Under the pieces are notes generated by a model, which did no database searches, was not told where the DNA came from, and saw only the letters and a program-made list of their open reading frames with translations. From an uncultured Caldilineales bacterium (GTDB lineage Bacteria; Chloroflexota; Anaerolineae; J102): a stretch of 58,107 nucleotides of DNA. Position 1 is the first letter of the stretch. Each line of letters starts with the position of its first letter. The stretch is from positions 1 through 58,107 of the forward strand of contig CAZMDD010000132.1 of the NCBI GenBank assembly GCA_964565065.1. Direction: 5' to 3'. A program made the position numbers and the translations under genes. Shown here piece by piece: positions 30,330 through 41,248 of this stretch.

Positions 30330-33300
30330 ATGAAAACAAAACTTCAGTCTACTCTTCTCCTGCTCATCGCTCTGGGCACAGCTTTTACCCTACTACTGGC
30401 TCTGCCGGCAGGACTGGGCGCGTTTGCCGTTGCCCACAACACCGCTGCAAACTGGCACGATTTTACCCCTGTCCCCGATGCCTGGCTGAACACCACGCCC
30501 GTGCAGACATCGGTCATTGTCAGCGACAGCGACGGTCTGAGCAATGACGCCGCCTATCAATACTCGGCAGATGGCATCAACTGGAGCGCATGGCTCACAG
30601 ACAACCTGCAAATAACGGGAACCATCTCGACCACCCGCCAGCTCACCATCACCGCGCTGGCCGTGGCCGATGGCGTTCATGCGGTACGCTACATCATCAC
30701 CGACGCCTTGGGCATAGCCGAAACCAGTCCCGCAGCCACCTTCCAGGTCGATACCCAGGCTCCGGCTGCGCCCGCAGGCCTGACCTTGCGCCCCAATGGC
30801 TGGCAAACCGCCACAGCCCCCACCTGGAAGGCCACCTGGCAAAATCCTGCCGAACTCAGCGGCGTGGCGGCAGCCTGCTACAAAATTGGCGCTGCGCCAA
30901 CCCATCCGCAAGATGGCCACTGCACCAGCGCTAACAACATCACCAGCATCGATACCCTCTCACCCACGCAGGAAGGAAGCTTCGATTTTTATCTCTGGCT
31001 ACAAGATGCTGCCGGAAACAGCACCATCACCAACACAGCAGTACTCACCCAAAGCATCCAATGGGATAAAACTGAGCCCAATCTCTTTTTAGATGTTTTT
31101 GGAACCATCGGGCAGGCAGCTTGGTACACCAGCACTGTAAACATCAACATCATGGCTTCCGATAACCAATCGGGCCTCGACAGCGTGCGCTACAAGCTGG
31201 GAGATACCCCTTGGCAAGAGGGACGCACCCTGAACCTAAGCGCCGCGGGCATTCACACCTTTACCGCACAAGCCATCGATGTGGCGCAAAATCAAAAAAC
31301 GCTGGAACCACGCATCTTTAAAGTCGACTTGGCAGCTCCTACAACAAGTTTAACAATCTCGGGCACTGCCGGACCAGAAAACTGGTACGAAAGCGCTGTT
31401 TCGATAGATTTTGCAGTTAGCGATGATGCCTCGGGCCCCCAAACAACGCACTGGCAAATGGATGACGAGCCCTGGCAACAAAGCAGCGTGGCCACAGTGG
31501 ATGCCGATGGCGAACACAGCCTCCATTATTTTAGCAGCGATGTTGCGGGCCACGCCGAAGCCCCCCGCGAAACCCTCATCAAAGTTGACCAGCACCCGCC
31601 CGTCACCTCCTACGCGGTACTCTCATCCCATGCAGCGGTCAATGGCTGGTATCGGCAACCTGTCACCATCACCCTGGTTCCGGTAGATGACGGCATTGGC
31701 GTGCAAAACACCCATTACCGCGTAAACGATGGCCCGTGGCAAGAGGGAACCACCTTTACACTGACCACCAGCGCCGATTACGCCATTAATTTTTACTCGG
31801 TGGATGCGCTGAATCACGAAGAAACAGTGGCCAGCATCCCCGACGGCGTTCATATCGATACCATCCCACCGCGGGCCCCCAGTCCTCTGGCGGTAACCCC
31901 AGGCGTGTGGACGCGCACCAACAGCTTTGATTTGCTCTTTGCCCTGCCCACCGACCTCAGCGGCATCGATGGCGCCTACATCAAAGTGGGCGAACCCCCA
32001 CTTTCGCCCACCGATGGCCAATGGCACGAGGATGTTAGCAACACTCTCACCCAAATTCAAGTTCCCAACGAAGGCGCCTACAAAGCCTACATCTGGCTGC
32101 GAGACCAGGCCGGCAACGTGGATCATGGCAATTATGGCGTGTGGGAAGATGCTCTGAGCCTGAAATATGATGCCACCCCGCCACTGACACACCTGGCAGT
32201 GCAGGGCGATGTAGGGAAAAATGGCTGGTACACCTCGCCCATCACCATCACCTTTGTGCCCACCGATGCTCTTTCCGGGCCCGCTGCCACCTGGGTTAGC
32301 ATCAATGGCGGGCCCCAAGCCGAACATACCGCCCTAACCCTTACCCAACAATCCAAACATGTATTGCGCTACCACACCCTGGATGTAGCCGGAAACCAGG
32401 AAGAAGACCAATTTGCCACCTTCCGCATCGATTATCAGGCCCCGGGCAGCCCCAGCAATGTCACTGTGCAGCCCCTAACCTGGACAAACAGCAACACCTT
32501 CACCCTCACCTGGAACAACCCGGCCGATGTCTCGGGCATCGGCGCTGCCTACTACGCCATCGGTCATGCCCCCGCAGGCCCGGAAGATGGCACACAAATT
32601 GCCGCAACGGGCGTCGTTTCCGGCATCACGGCCCCCGGCGAAGGCCTGTGGGACCTTTATCTGTGGGTGGAAGATAAAGCGGGCAATGTAGATGTGCGCA
32701 CCATGGTTCACCAAAAAAACGCGCTGCACTACGATAAAACACCGCCCCGCTCTATTCTCAAAGTAACCAAAGGCACGCTGGGCGATAACGATTGGTACAT
32801 CACCCCTGTTACGCTGGCTATCGACGCCACCGACCTGGCCAGCGGGCCTGCGGGCGTTCGCTACCGCATCAATGGCGACGACTGGCACTATCAGGCCAAA
32901 ACAGCATACATTCACCTGGGCCACACCGGCCAATTCGAAATCGACTACCAATCGGTCGATAACGCCAACAACCTCGAAGCCCCTCAGCACATCCTGATCA
33001 GCGTTGACTTAGATGCACCGCGGGCCCGATTCGCCCCCATTGACCGCTACCAGCGCATCTCTAACTTTGTGCTACACTGGATCGGCAGCGACCAGCCCCG
33101 TGGCAGCGGCCTGAATGGTTTTCAGGTGCAGGCCCGAGATGGCCGCAATGGCGCGTGGACAACCTGGGTCAATCTGGCAAACCAAGAGCCGTCGCGGCGC
33201 TACTATGGCGACTACGGCCACCGTTACTTCTTCCGGGTGCGGGCCCAAGACAAAGCAGGACACTTCTCACCCTGGCAGGAACTCCCCTGGGGCATTTATG

Positions 33301-33956
33301 TCGATCGCTTGCAAAACGGAGACTTTGGCAACGGTGACTTTGGCGCCTGGCAACATGGCGGACGCCTGCTGCAAAGCATCCATCCGGCCAGGGGCCCGCA
33401 GGGCAACACTGTTTCGGTGGCTGAACTGGGCACCGAGGCCTACGGAGCCAGCAACAACTTTGATGTGCCGGGCAACGTCCCTGTCGGCTGCGCGGCCATC
33501 ACCCAAACAGTGCGTATTCCCGGCTCAGCCGTGCTGGGCAGCCCCATGCTCACCTTTTGGTATCGCATGCGCACCTACGATGCCGAATACAGCGAACGCT
33601 TCAACAAAATCTACGACACCCTGGACGTTCATCTGCACTACGGCGATGAAGACCATCTTGTCCTGCGCACCGGTCAGCCCTACGACGAATGGAAAAAACA
33701 TGATGGCAAAAAGTTAGCCGATTTAGGCTGGCGTCAAGCCTTCATCCCCATTCCCCGCAGCATGATTGATGAAATCGTCACCATCAGCATTGAAAACTGG
33801 AACCGTAACGACAACTGGCTCAACACCTGGACACAAGTCACCGATATTCGCCTGTGGGAGCCGCACCAACTCTTCTTGCCTAACCTGGCAAGCGGTCGCG
33901 CTGCGGTCACAACTGCACAACAGCCAGCCACATCTGCCCATTCTGCCCAGCGCTAA
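30330..33956 (+). CDS. 1208-aa secreted Ig-like repeat protein (OmpL47-like and FN3-like modules, C-terminal CBM-like domain)
   Basis: N-terminal hydrophobic signal; about 5 'G..GWY.S.V...D..SG...Y...D.AGN.E..D..PP' modules interleaved with about 3 'W.NP.D.SG..AY..G..P..P.DG..W..D.AGN' modules; FN3-like RVRAQDKAG; QLFLPNL near end. Confidence 0.85.
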   Translation: MKTKLQSTLLLLIALGTAFTLLLALPAGLGAFAVAHNTAANWHDFTPVPDAWLNTTPVQTSVIVSDSDGLSNDAAYQYSADGINWSAWLTDNLQITGTISTTRQLTITALAVADGVHAVRYIITDALGIAETSPAATFQVDTQAPAAPAGLTLRPNGWQTATAPTWKATWQNPAELSGVAAACYKIGAAPTHPQDGHCTSANNITSIDTLSPTQEGSFDFYLWLQDAAGNSTITNTAVLTQSIQWDKTEPNLFLDVFGTIGQAAWYTSTVNINIMASDNQSGLDSVRYKLGDTPWQEGRTLNLSAAGIHTFTAQAIDVAQNQKTLEPRIFKVDLAAPTTSLTISGTAGPENWYESAVSIDFAVSDDASGPQTTHWQMDDEPWQQSSVATVDADGEHSLHYFSSDVAGHAEAPRETLIKVDQHPPVTSYAVLSSHAAVNGWYRQPVTITLVPVDDGIGVQNTHYRVNDGPWQEGTTFTLTTSADYAINFYSVDALNHEETVASIPDGVHIDTIPPRAPSPLAVTPGVWTRTNSFDLLFALPTDLSGIDGAYIKVGEPPLSPTDGQWHEDVSNTLTQIQVPNEGAYKAYIWLRDQAGNVDHGNYGVWEDALSLKYDATPPLTHLAVQGDVGKNGWYTSPITITFVPTDALSGPAATWVSINGGPQAEHTALTLTQQSKHVLRYHTLDVAGNQEEDQFATFRIDYQAPGSPSNVTVQPLTWTNSNTFTLTWNNPADVSGIGAAYYAIGHAPAGPEDGTQIAATGVVSGITAPGEGLWDLYLWVEDKAGNVDVRTMVHQKNALHYDKTPPRSILKVTKGTLGDNDWYITPVTLAIDATDLASGPAGVRYRINGDDWHYQAKTAYIHLGHTGQFEIDYQSVDNANNLEAPQHILISVDLDAPRARFAPIDRYQRISNFVLHWIGSDQPRGSGLNGFQVQARDGRNGAWTTWVNLANQEPSRRYYGDYGHRYFFRVRAQDKAGHFSPWQELPWGIYVDRLQNGDFGNGDFGAWQHGGRLLQSIHPARGPQGNTVSVAELGTEAYGASNNFDVPGNVPVGCAAITQTVRIPGSAVLGSPMLTFWYRMRTYDAEYSERFNKIYDTLDVHLHYGDEDHLVLRTGQPYDEWKKHDGKKLADLGWRQAFIPIPRSMIDEIVTISIENWNRNDNWLNTWTQVTDIRLWEPHQLFLPNLASGRAAVTTAQQPATSAHSAQR

Positions 33957-33961
33957 CCGCC

Positions 33962-35464
33962 ATGAAAGCATTCACGCCCGAAGATTCCGATGCCCTGGCC
34001 AGCCAGCCGCTGGATGCCGAAGAGGAATTTGAACTGGACAACACCGCCGAGACCATGCTTTCGGAAGCGGAAGTTGCCGAAAAACTCTATGCCGAGGGCA
34101 TGGCCTACTATCAACAACGCCAGTGGCGACGCGCCCAAACCACGTTCTTGCGTTTGCAGGAGCTCCAGCCGCAGCGCCCCGGCATTGTTGCGCTCATCGA
34201 CGAAATCAACTGGTTCATCGAGCTGGAAGAGATGATTCCTGAGCAAAACGACAACGTGGCCAGCGCCACAACAGCCACTCGGCTGCGCTGGCTGCCCTGG
34301 GTCATCTCTCTACTCATTCTCATCACCGCGGCGGTGGTCATCTTTTTGGTGGCAGGGGATCGCCTTTTTGGCTGGCCCGGGCGCAATCCTGACCCCGGCC
34401 TGGTCGAACTCTACAATGCCGGGCAATCGCAACTGGCCATCGGCAACTACGATGGCGCCATCGACGCCTTTGAAAGCATCCTCAGCCGCGACCCCAACGA
34501 CATCGCAGCTCAGGCCGGTCTGGAACAAGCCAAAAAACTGCGGGAAATGGCCGAAAAATACAAATCGGCCCAAGAAGCCATCGACGCCGAAAACTGGGGA
34601 ACAGCCCGAGAAAACCTCGAAGCCATTGTCGAACAATATCCCGCCTACGAAGATGCCGATCAGCTTTTGGATTACGTCACCCGCAAACAGGAGCTGGATA
34701 CTCTCTTCAATCAGGCAGCGGCTGCCTACAACAGCAATCACTGGGCCGATGCCATTGCTCTGTTTGAATCGATTCAGACCCGCGATGAAACCTTCCGCGC
34801 TGACGCCCTCAAAGAATCCCTTTTCATCAGCTATCTCGAAGAGGGCGAACGGCTCATCGAAGAGCATGGCGACGTGCTGGACCAGGTGCGCCAAGCCTTG
34901 CAGCACTTCAATGCTGCGCTCATCATCCATCCCGATAACCAACGAGCCGCCCAAAATCGGCGTCTGGCCGCAGATTACCAAACCGCACTGCTCGCCATGC
35001 AGCGTGAAGACTGGCCCCAAGCCATCCGCAACCTGGGACAAATCGTCGCCATCCAACCGGACTACGGCGGCGGACGGGCTGGATGTTTGCTGTATCAGAG
35101 TTCGGTGGCGCAGGCCCAAATTGATACCGATGCCAAAAATTACAAACCGGCGCTAACCTTAGTCGAAAAGGCGCTGCGCATCACCCCCGCCTGCGAAAGC
35201 CAGGCCGAGGCCCTGACGTTACGCAATCGCCTGCTAAAAGCGTTGGCAACGCCCACGCCTACGCCCACACGCACCCCCACGCCCACGCGGACGCCCACAC
35301 CCACATCCACGCCTACGCCTACGCCCACCATCACACCTACACGCCCTCCTACGCCCACGCCTACGCCCACACCTACCCCCGCGCCCCCCACGCCCACACC
35401 ACCGCCACCACCCCCGCCCACGCCCACACCGCCGCCACCGCCCACCCCCACGCCGCCGCGCTAG
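33962..35464 (+). CDS. Single-pass membrane TPR protein with C-terminal Pro/Thr tail
   Basis: N-terminal TPR-like helices, [24 protein letters not shown], further TPR-like repeats, about 70-aa (PT)n/polyPro tail ending TPPR. Confidence 0.85.
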   Translation: MKAFTPEDSDALASQPLDAEEEFELDNTAETMLSEAEVAEKLYAEGMAYYQQRQWRRAQTTFLRLQELQPQRPGIVALIDEINWFIELEEMIPEQNDNVASATTATRLRWLPWVISLLILITAAVVIFLVAGDRLFGWPGRNPDPGLVELYNAGQSQLAIGNYDGAIDAFESILSRDPNDIAAQAGLEQAKKLREMAEKYKSAQEAIDAENWGTARENLEAIVEQYPAYEDADQLLDYVTRKQELDTLFNQAAAAYNSNHWADAIALFESIQTRDETFRADALKESLFISYLEEGERLIEEHGDVLDQVRQALQHFNAALIIHPDNQRAAQNRRLAADYQTALLAMQREDWPQAIRNLGQIVAIQPDYGGGRAGCLLYQSSVAQAQIDTDAKNYKPALTLVEKALRITPACESQAEALTLRNRLLKALATPTPTPTRTPTPTRTPTPTSTPTPTPTITPTRPPTPTPTPTPTPAPPTPTPPPPPPPTPTPPPPPTPTPPR

Positions 35465-35469
35465 TCATC

Positions 35470-36789
35470 ATGCCCAACGCACGCTTTACCCAGCTTTTGA
35501 GCACCCCCGAGCGGCGCTGGTGGCTGTGGATACTGGGGATTCTGCTCTTCTTCTCGCCGTTGGCGCTGCTACCCCTGACCCGCGCGACGTCATCTCCGGT
35601 GTGGAATAATGTGGGACAAGAGACCGGTGCGCTGGTCAATGCCACGTTTAGCAGCGAAAAGGGGCTGACCACGCTTTACCGCTGGTCTGCTGCAGGCCTG
35701 TTTCGCAGCGTGGATGAAGGTTTGAGCTGGATTGCCATCGGGAGCGGCTTGCCCCGCAACAGTCGCGGCCAACTTTTGCTGCGGGCACTGGCCACAGGAG
35801 GCAGCCGTCAGGTTTATGCCTTGGCCGGAGAGAAAAACCGCCGTAGCCTTTATCGATCTCTTGATGCCGGCGATACTTTCGAACTGCTTTTCAGCCCGCA
35901 AAAATTCAATCCTACCCTGCTGGCAGCCCGGGCGCACCCCGATAATGATTGGCTCATCATCGGCGGCGAACAGCATCTGCTTATGAGCCAAAATGGTGGC
36001 AACTCGTGGCACGAAAAAGTGATGCCCGGCCCCATCACCGCCATGCACATTGCCAATGAAGTGTTGGTTGCGGGCCCGGGGTGGCTGGTGACCCTGACCG
36101 ATGAAAACACCTGGCAGCAATCTGCACTGCCGCCCGAACTCGTTCCCATTCAGCTCATCACACCTGAGCGGGCCCCGGAACAACTTTATGCCATCTCGGC
36201 CCGGGGGCAACTCTGGCGGCGGCAAGCTGCGGGCCCGTGGCAGCATCTGCCAGTTCCTACCCATGCCGCCATCACCCGCATAACCTTGGATCCTATCATC
36301 TGGCAGCTCATTTATCTGGGGGACGCGCAGGGCAAAATCTGGCGTAGCGAGGATGCCGGGCGCACCTGGGAAAATCTGTCTGGCCCGATTTCCGGCATTG
36401 TGCGCACCCTTTTTTTAGACCCCAGCCAACGGCATCGCCTTTATGCCGGTGCAGGCTACGGGCTTTGGTGGCATGAACAAACCGCGGTAATTCCCACAGC
36501 CACACACACACCTACTCATACACCCCAACCCACAGCCACGCCCACCGCCACACCAACTCCCTCACCCACGCACACCGCCACCCCGAGTCCCACCCCCAGC
36601 CCTACGCAAACGCCCACCGCCACATCCACACCTACCCCCACACCAACCCCCACGGCCACGCCCGTGCCCACTCGCACGCCCACCCCCATGCCCACAGCCA
36701 CGCCCACCGCCACACCGCACCCCACAGCAGCGCCGCCGCCACCCCCTCCCACGGCCCCACCCCCTCCCACGGCCACGCCGCCACGATAG
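35470..36789 (+). CDS. Membrane-anchored BNR/beta-propeller protein with C-terminal Pro/Thr tail
   Basis: N-terminal hydrophobic segment; [35 protein letters not shown] Asp-boxes; about 100-aa PT tail ending TPPR. Confidence 0.85.
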   Translation: MPNARFTQLLSTPERRWWLWILGILLFFSPLALLPLTRATSSPVWNNVGQETGALVNATFSSEKGLTTLYRWSAAGLFRSVDEGLSWIAIGSGLPRNSRGQLLLRALATGGSRQVYALAGEKNRRSLYRSLDAGDTFELLFSPQKFNPTLLAARAHPDNDWLIIGGEQHLLMSQNGGNSWHEKVMPGPITAMHIANEVLVAGPGWLVTLTDENTWQQSALPPELVPIQLITPERAPEQLYAISARGQLWRRQAAGPWQHLPVPTHAAITRITLDPIIWQLIYLGDAQGKIWRSEDAGRTWENLSGPISGIVRTLFLDPSQRHRLYAGAGYGLWWHEQTAVIPTATHTPTHTPQPTATPTATPTPSPTHTATPSPTPSPTQTPTATSTPTPTPTPTATPVPTRTPTPMPTATPTATPHPTAAPPPPPPTAPPPPTATPPR

Positions 36790-36817
36790 CCCTAACCCTC
36801 TGCTGGCACTCCTCCCC

Positions 36818-39028
36818 ATGTCCACCTCGTTCCAGAATAAACTGTCCCTCATCATCACCAACAAAAGCGTGCTGCTTTTGAGCGCACTGGTGGCGCTATG
36901 GCTGACAGATGCCCGGGCCCGCAGCCTCTTTCCCTGGATTATCACCGGGCATCTTTTGCTTTCGGTGCTGCTTATTTTTTGGCTTTCTCGTCGCCCGCAG
37001 CAGCAGCGGTGGCTGTTGGCCCTGAACTATCTGCTGGACATGGGGCTTACGCTCATTCTCATCAACATCAGCGGTGGCATCAATTCGCCATTTTGGGCAA
37101 TGCTTATTTTGCAGGTGCTGCTACCCGCCTTTTATTTTTCCTGGCCACTTTTCATCTGGCTTGGCGCATTTTTGAGCGGGCCGCTTTATGTGCTTTCGGT
37201 GGGAATTCGGGCGCAAAGCCTGGTTTTTCTCAGCGATCCCCTCTTTTTAACCCGTTACGCCCTGCTCTTTGTGGGCGCCATTGCCGGGGCGCTGGCTGTG
37301 CAACAATGGCTTGATAGCCAGGAACGAGAACGAAAATTGCGGACCATGCTGGCCACCCGCGAGGCTGATCTGGCTAGTCAAACGCAACAATTGCAACGTA
37401 CCGCCAGCGATTTGGGCGAGCGCGTGCTGCAATTGCGGGCCCTGCAGGAGGTAGCCCGCTCGCTGGCTGTCACCCTGAACCTGCGAGAAACCAACCGCGC
37501 CCTGATTCGACGCCTGGCCACCATCACCGATGCCCGTCATGTGGCTCTGGTGCGGCTGCAACCGGAAGAACTGCGGCTGCAAGGCTCATGGCTGGACACC
37601 CGGGCCCAACCCCGCCGCCTGATTCCCATCACGCTGCAACTTTCGCCGCAGGATATCGAAAGTTTGAGCATGGGCATGTTGGTTTTTAGCCCGGTCAGCG
37701 CAGAGCTGGGCTTTCAGCAATTGCAAAAGATATGGGATGTGAAGTATTTTTTGTGCGTGCCCCTGATGCTACGCGGCGAGCCCTTTGGCGCGTTGTATCT
37801 GGGTGATAATCGCCGCGATTTTGTCAGTGAACAGGAACGCCAATTTCTGGAATCCTTTGCTTACTTTGCATCCACTGCCATCGAAAACGCACAGCTTTAC
37901 CAAACCATCGCCGATAAAAACCAAGAGCTGGAGACCATTCTTTCGGGCATTGGCGATGGCGTGCTGGTGGTGGATGCCGATTTGCGCGTTATGCTGATGA
38001 ACCCTGTGGCGACACACATCTTCAGCCTGGAATCTACCCCATCCAGTGGCCAGCCTCTGCCCCAAAGCATCCGCCAGCAGCCTATCTACGACCTGCTGGA
38101 AAATATCCGCAGCCAACCGGATGCCTTTTTGGTGCAGGAAATCGAACTGGCGCCATTGGGTAGTGAGCAATTGCGCACCTATCAGGCTTTGGCTACGCCA
38201 TTGCTGGTGGATCAACATTTGCAGGGCATTGCCACGGTACTGCGTGACATCACCGCCCAAAAAGAGCTGGAGCGAATGAAATCGAATTTTCTGTCGGTGG
38301 TTTCCCACGAGTTGCGCACACCGCTCCATGCCATCAAGGGCTTTGTCAACATTATTCTCATGGGCAAAACTGGCCCGGTCAGCGAAATTCAGCGCGATTT
38401 TTTGGAGACGGTACAGGAACAAACCAATAATTTGCAACGCCTGATTGATGATTTGCTGGAATTTTCGCGGCTGGAATCGGGCAGTGTGAGCCTGCGTTTG
38501 CAGCCGGTGGATGTGCCAGTGGTCATCGAAGCGGTGCTGGATAAGCTTTCGCTGGCGGCCAGCTCCACTCAGGTTCAGCTAGTCAACCACACGCCCGACG
38601 CGCTCCCCACCATTCTGGCCGACCCCTGGCGGCTGGAGCAGGTGGTTACCAATCTGGTGGATAATGCCATTAAATTTACGCCGGCCCGGGGCAAGGTGAG
38701 CATCAATGCCCAGGATTTGGGCGATTTTATTCAGGTCTCGGTGCAGGATACCGGTATTGGCGTGCCGCCCGAGCAGCAGGAACGCATTTTCGACCGTTTT
38801 TATCAGGTCGATGGCGGCGCCAACCGGCAATACAAAGGCACAGGTCTGGGATTAACCATTTGTCGGCACATTGTGGCGCATCATCGCGGGCGCATTTGGG
38901 TTGAAAGCGGGCCCGAACAAGGAGCAACCTTCTTCTTTACCCTCTACAAAAAATTGGAAGACAGCGATATGGCCACATTGGACTTTACCACGCTACCCGC
39001 CCGCGCCGATGTTGTGGAACAACCCTGA
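36818..39028 (+). CDS. Membrane sensor histidine kinase (multi-TM, coiled coil, GAF, PAS, HisKA, HATPase)
   Basis: SHELRTPL, TNLVDNAIKFT, DTGIG, FDRFYQVD, GTGLGL; GAF LCVPLMLRGEPFGALY..AIENAQLY; PAS GDGVLVVD..MNP. Confidence 0.95.
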   Translation: MSTSFQNKLSLIITNKSVLLLSALVALWLTDARARSLFPWIITGHLLLSVLLIFWLSRRPQQQRWLLALNYLLDMGLTLILINISGGINSPFWAMLILQVLLPAFYFSWPLFIWLGAFLSGPLYVLSVGIRAQSLVFLSDPLFLTRYALLFVGAIAGALAVQQWLDSQERERKLRTMLATREADLASQTQQLQRTASDLGERVLQLRALQEVARSLAVTLNLRETNRALIRRLATITDARHVALVRLQPEELRLQGSWLDTRAQPRRLIPITLQLSPQDIESLSMGMLVFSPVSAELGFQQLQKIWDVKYFLCVPLMLRGEPFGALYLGDNRRDFVSEQERQFLESFAYFASTAIENAQLYQTIADKNQELETILSGIGDGVLVVDADLRVMLMNPVATHIFSLESTPSSGQPLPQSIRQQPIYDLLENIRSQPDAFLVQEIELAPLGSEQLRTYQALATPLLVDQHLQGIATVLRDITAQKELERMKSNFLSVVSHELRTPLHAIKGFVNIILMGKTGPVSEIQRDFLETVQEQTNNLQRLIDDLLEFSRLESGSVSLRLQPVDVPVVIEAVLDKLSLAASSTQVQLVNHTPDALPTILADPWRLEQVVTNLVDNAIKFTPARGKVSINAQDLGDFIQVSVQDTGIGVPPEQQERIFDRFYQVDGGANRQYKGTGLGLTICRHIVAHHRGRIWVESGPEQGATFFFTLYKKLEDSDMATLDFTTLPARADVVEQP

Positions 39029-39042
39029 TTCATAAAAAGATG

Positions 39043-39184
39043 GTTACTACTAAGGTAGCCAGGCTAGAAACCACTAAGACACGAAGCCACCAAGGCACAA
39101 AGAAAGAAAAAGGTTTGAAATGCTTGGTGTTCTTCGTGTCTTTGTGCCTTTGTGGTGATTGAAGTCGGATACGTTAGTCGTTAC
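39043..39184 (+). mobile_element. MITE family A copy (142 bp)
   Basis: 8-bp direct repeat AAAAGATG at 39035-39042 and 39185-39192. Confidence 0.93.
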
Positions 39185-39209
39185 AAAAGATGGCGCTTTT
39201 GATGCTTTG

Positions 39210-39218
39210 TGATAAGAT
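39210..39218 (+). promoter_or_regulatory. Extended -10 promoter, probably giving a leaderless sbcD mRNA
   Basis: TG-n-TAAGAT (39213-39218) ends 6 nt before ATG 39225; no RBS. Confidence 0.55.
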
Positions 39219-39224
39219 TATCCC

Positions 39225-40481
39225 ATGACTGATCCTATCCGCATCCTTCATTTTGCCGATGTGCATATTGGCATGGAACGCTATGGCCGAATCGATGCCG
39301 CCACCGGTGTCAACAGCCGTGTCATGGACTTTTTGCGCCGTCTTTCCGATTTGGTGGACTACGCCATTAGCCAATCGGTTGATTTGGTCATCTTCGCGGG
39401 CGATGCCTACAAAAGTCGCAATCCCAACTCTACTTATCGCCGAGAATTTGCCTGGCGCATCAAACAACTGGCCGACCGAGGCATTCCGGTGGTGATGCTG
39501 CCAGGCAACCACGATTTGCCCGCGGCTCCCAATCGCGCCTCCACCATCGAAATTTTCGACACGCTGCGAGTTGCCAACATTCATGTACTGGAACACAGCA
39601 GCGGCGTTACCCGCATCGAAACAGCCCGCGGGCCCGTGCAGATTGCCCCTGTGCCCTATCCCTACATCTCGGAACTCACCAGCCAGGAAAGCTATCGAGC
39701 GGTGAGTCTGGCCGAACTAGACCGGCTCATCACCACCAAGCTGGATGCCATCATCCACGATTACGCGGCCACAGTGCGACAGCAGCCTGATATTCCCGCC
39801 ATTCTGGTGGGACATTTTTCGGTGGATGAGGCCCGCACCGGCTCAGAACACAGCATCATGGTGGGACGCGATGTCAAAGTCTCGCGGGCGGCCCTGGTGG
39901 ACGATGCCTGGGATTATGTGGCATTGGGGCACATCCACAAACATCAGGATTTGAATCAGGGAGCGCATCCCCCGGTGGTTTACAGCGGCAGCCTGTCGCG
40001 CATCGATTTTGGCGAGGAGCGGGAGCCCAAGGGCTGGGTACTGGCCCAAGTGACCCGTGGGCACACCGACTACGATTTTATCCCGCATTTGCACCGCGAA
40101 GCGCGACGATTTGTGACGCTGGATTGCGATTGTCGGCAAAAGGATGACCCGCTGGAAGCCATTTTGCAGCACATCGGACACAAAGAAAAACTGGGCATCA
40201 TCGACAATGCCATCGTGCGCCTGCGCTTGCGCCTGACTGCTGAGCAAGATGCCATGATTCAGGAGCGCAAAATCAAAGCGGCGCTGAGTTCAGCGTTTAC
40301 GGTGGCGGGCATCATCAAAGAGATTGATTGGGGCGTTCGCAGCCGCTTGGGTGCAATCAGCATCGAAAGCATGACACCGCTGGAGCTGCTGGAACGTTAT
40401 CTCGACATTTCCGATTTACCGGCAGCACGCCAAAAAGTGCTGCTGGAAGAAGCCAAAACCATCATCCAGGAGAGCCAATGA
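39225..40481 (+). CDS. sbcD: Exonuclease SbcCD subunit D (Mre11-like)
   Basis: [50 protein letters not shown]. Confidence 0.9.
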   Translation: MTDPIRILHFADVHIGMERYGRIDAATGVNSRVMDFLRRLSDLVDYAISQSVDLVIFAGDAYKSRNPNSTYRREFAWRIKQLADRGIPVVMLPGNHDLPAAPNRASTIEIFDTLRVANIHVLEHSSGVTRIETARGPVQIAPVPYPYISELTSQESYRAVSLAELDRLITTKLDAIIHDYAATVRQQPDIPAILVGHFSVDEARTGSEHSIMVGRDVKVSRAALVDDAWDYVALGHIHKHQDLNQGAHPPVVYSGSLSRIDFGEEREPKGWVLAQVTRGHTDYDFIPHLHREARRFVTLDCDCRQKDDPLEAILQHIGHKEKLGIIDNAIVRLRLRLTAEQDAMIQERKIKAALSSAFTVAGIIKEIDWGVRSRLGAISIESMTPLELLERYLDISDLPAARQKVLLEEAKTIIQESQ

Positions 40482-41248
40482 TGAAGATTGCCGAAAAAAC
40501 AGCCTTGATTGCCGGTGGCGCTTCCGGTTTGGGCGAGGCCACGGCCCGTCGCTTGCACCAGGAAGGAGCCCGTATCGTTATTTTTGATCTCAATGCCCAG
40601 CGCGGGCAGGCCGTGGCTGACGAACTGGGCGATGCTGCATGCTTTGTGGCAGGCAGCGTTACCGAAGAGGCAGATGTCCAAAAAGCCGTGGATGAAGCCA
40701 TCTCTCGTTTTGATGCGTTGCACATAGCAGTCAACACCGCGGGCATTGCCACGCCCGGGCGCATTCTGGGCAAGCATGGCCCGTTGGCCCTGGAAACTTT
40801 TGCCCGCGTCATTGCCATCAATCTGGTGGGCACGTTCAATGTGATGCGACTGGCCGCAGCAGCCATGCAGCAAAATCTGCCCCAGGATGATGGCGAGCGG
40901 GGTGTCATCATCAACACCGCGTCCATTGCCGCTTACGAAGGGCAAATCGGACAGGCTGCTTATGCTGCGTCCAAAGGTGGTGTGGTGGGCCTGACCTTGC
41001 CCGCAGCCCGCGATCTGGCCAAATGGGGCATCCGCGTGCTAACCATTGCTCCCGGCTTGTTCGACACGCCGCTGTTGGCGGGCCTGCCCGAACAAGTAAA
41101 GCTGGGATTGGGCCAGCAAGTTCCCTTCCCCTCCCGTTTGGGGCAACCTCCGGAATATGCTTTTTTGGTCACGCACATCATCGAAAACACATTGCTCAAC
41201 GGCGAGGTGATTCGCCTGGATGGCGCCTTGCGCATGGGCCCGAGGTAG
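40478..41248 (+). CDS. 3-hydroxyacyl-CoA dehydrogenase type II (HSD10-like SDR)
   Basis: [54 protein letters not shown]. Confidence 0.93.
   Translation: MMKIAEKTALIAGGASGLGEATARRLHQEGARIVIFDLNAQRGQAVADELGDAACFVAGSVTEEADVQKAVDEAISRFDALHIAVNTAGIATPGRILGKHGPLALETFARVIAINLVGTFNVMRLAAAAMQQNLPQDDGERGVIINTASIAAYEGQIGQAAYAASKGGVVGLTLPAARDLAKWGIRVLTIAPGLFDTPLLAGLPEQVKLGLGQQVPFPSRLGQPPEYAFLVTHIIENTLLNGEVIRLDGALRMGPR

Noticed and set aside
30330-33956. Diversity-generating retroelement target or recent internal duplication
   Set aside because: No reverse transcriptase, no template/variable repeat pair; modules are diverged at DNA level.
35140-36945. Gly-Val repeat ORFs on the minus strand (also 28374-29048)
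   Set aside because: Antisense reading of the Pro/Thr tails.
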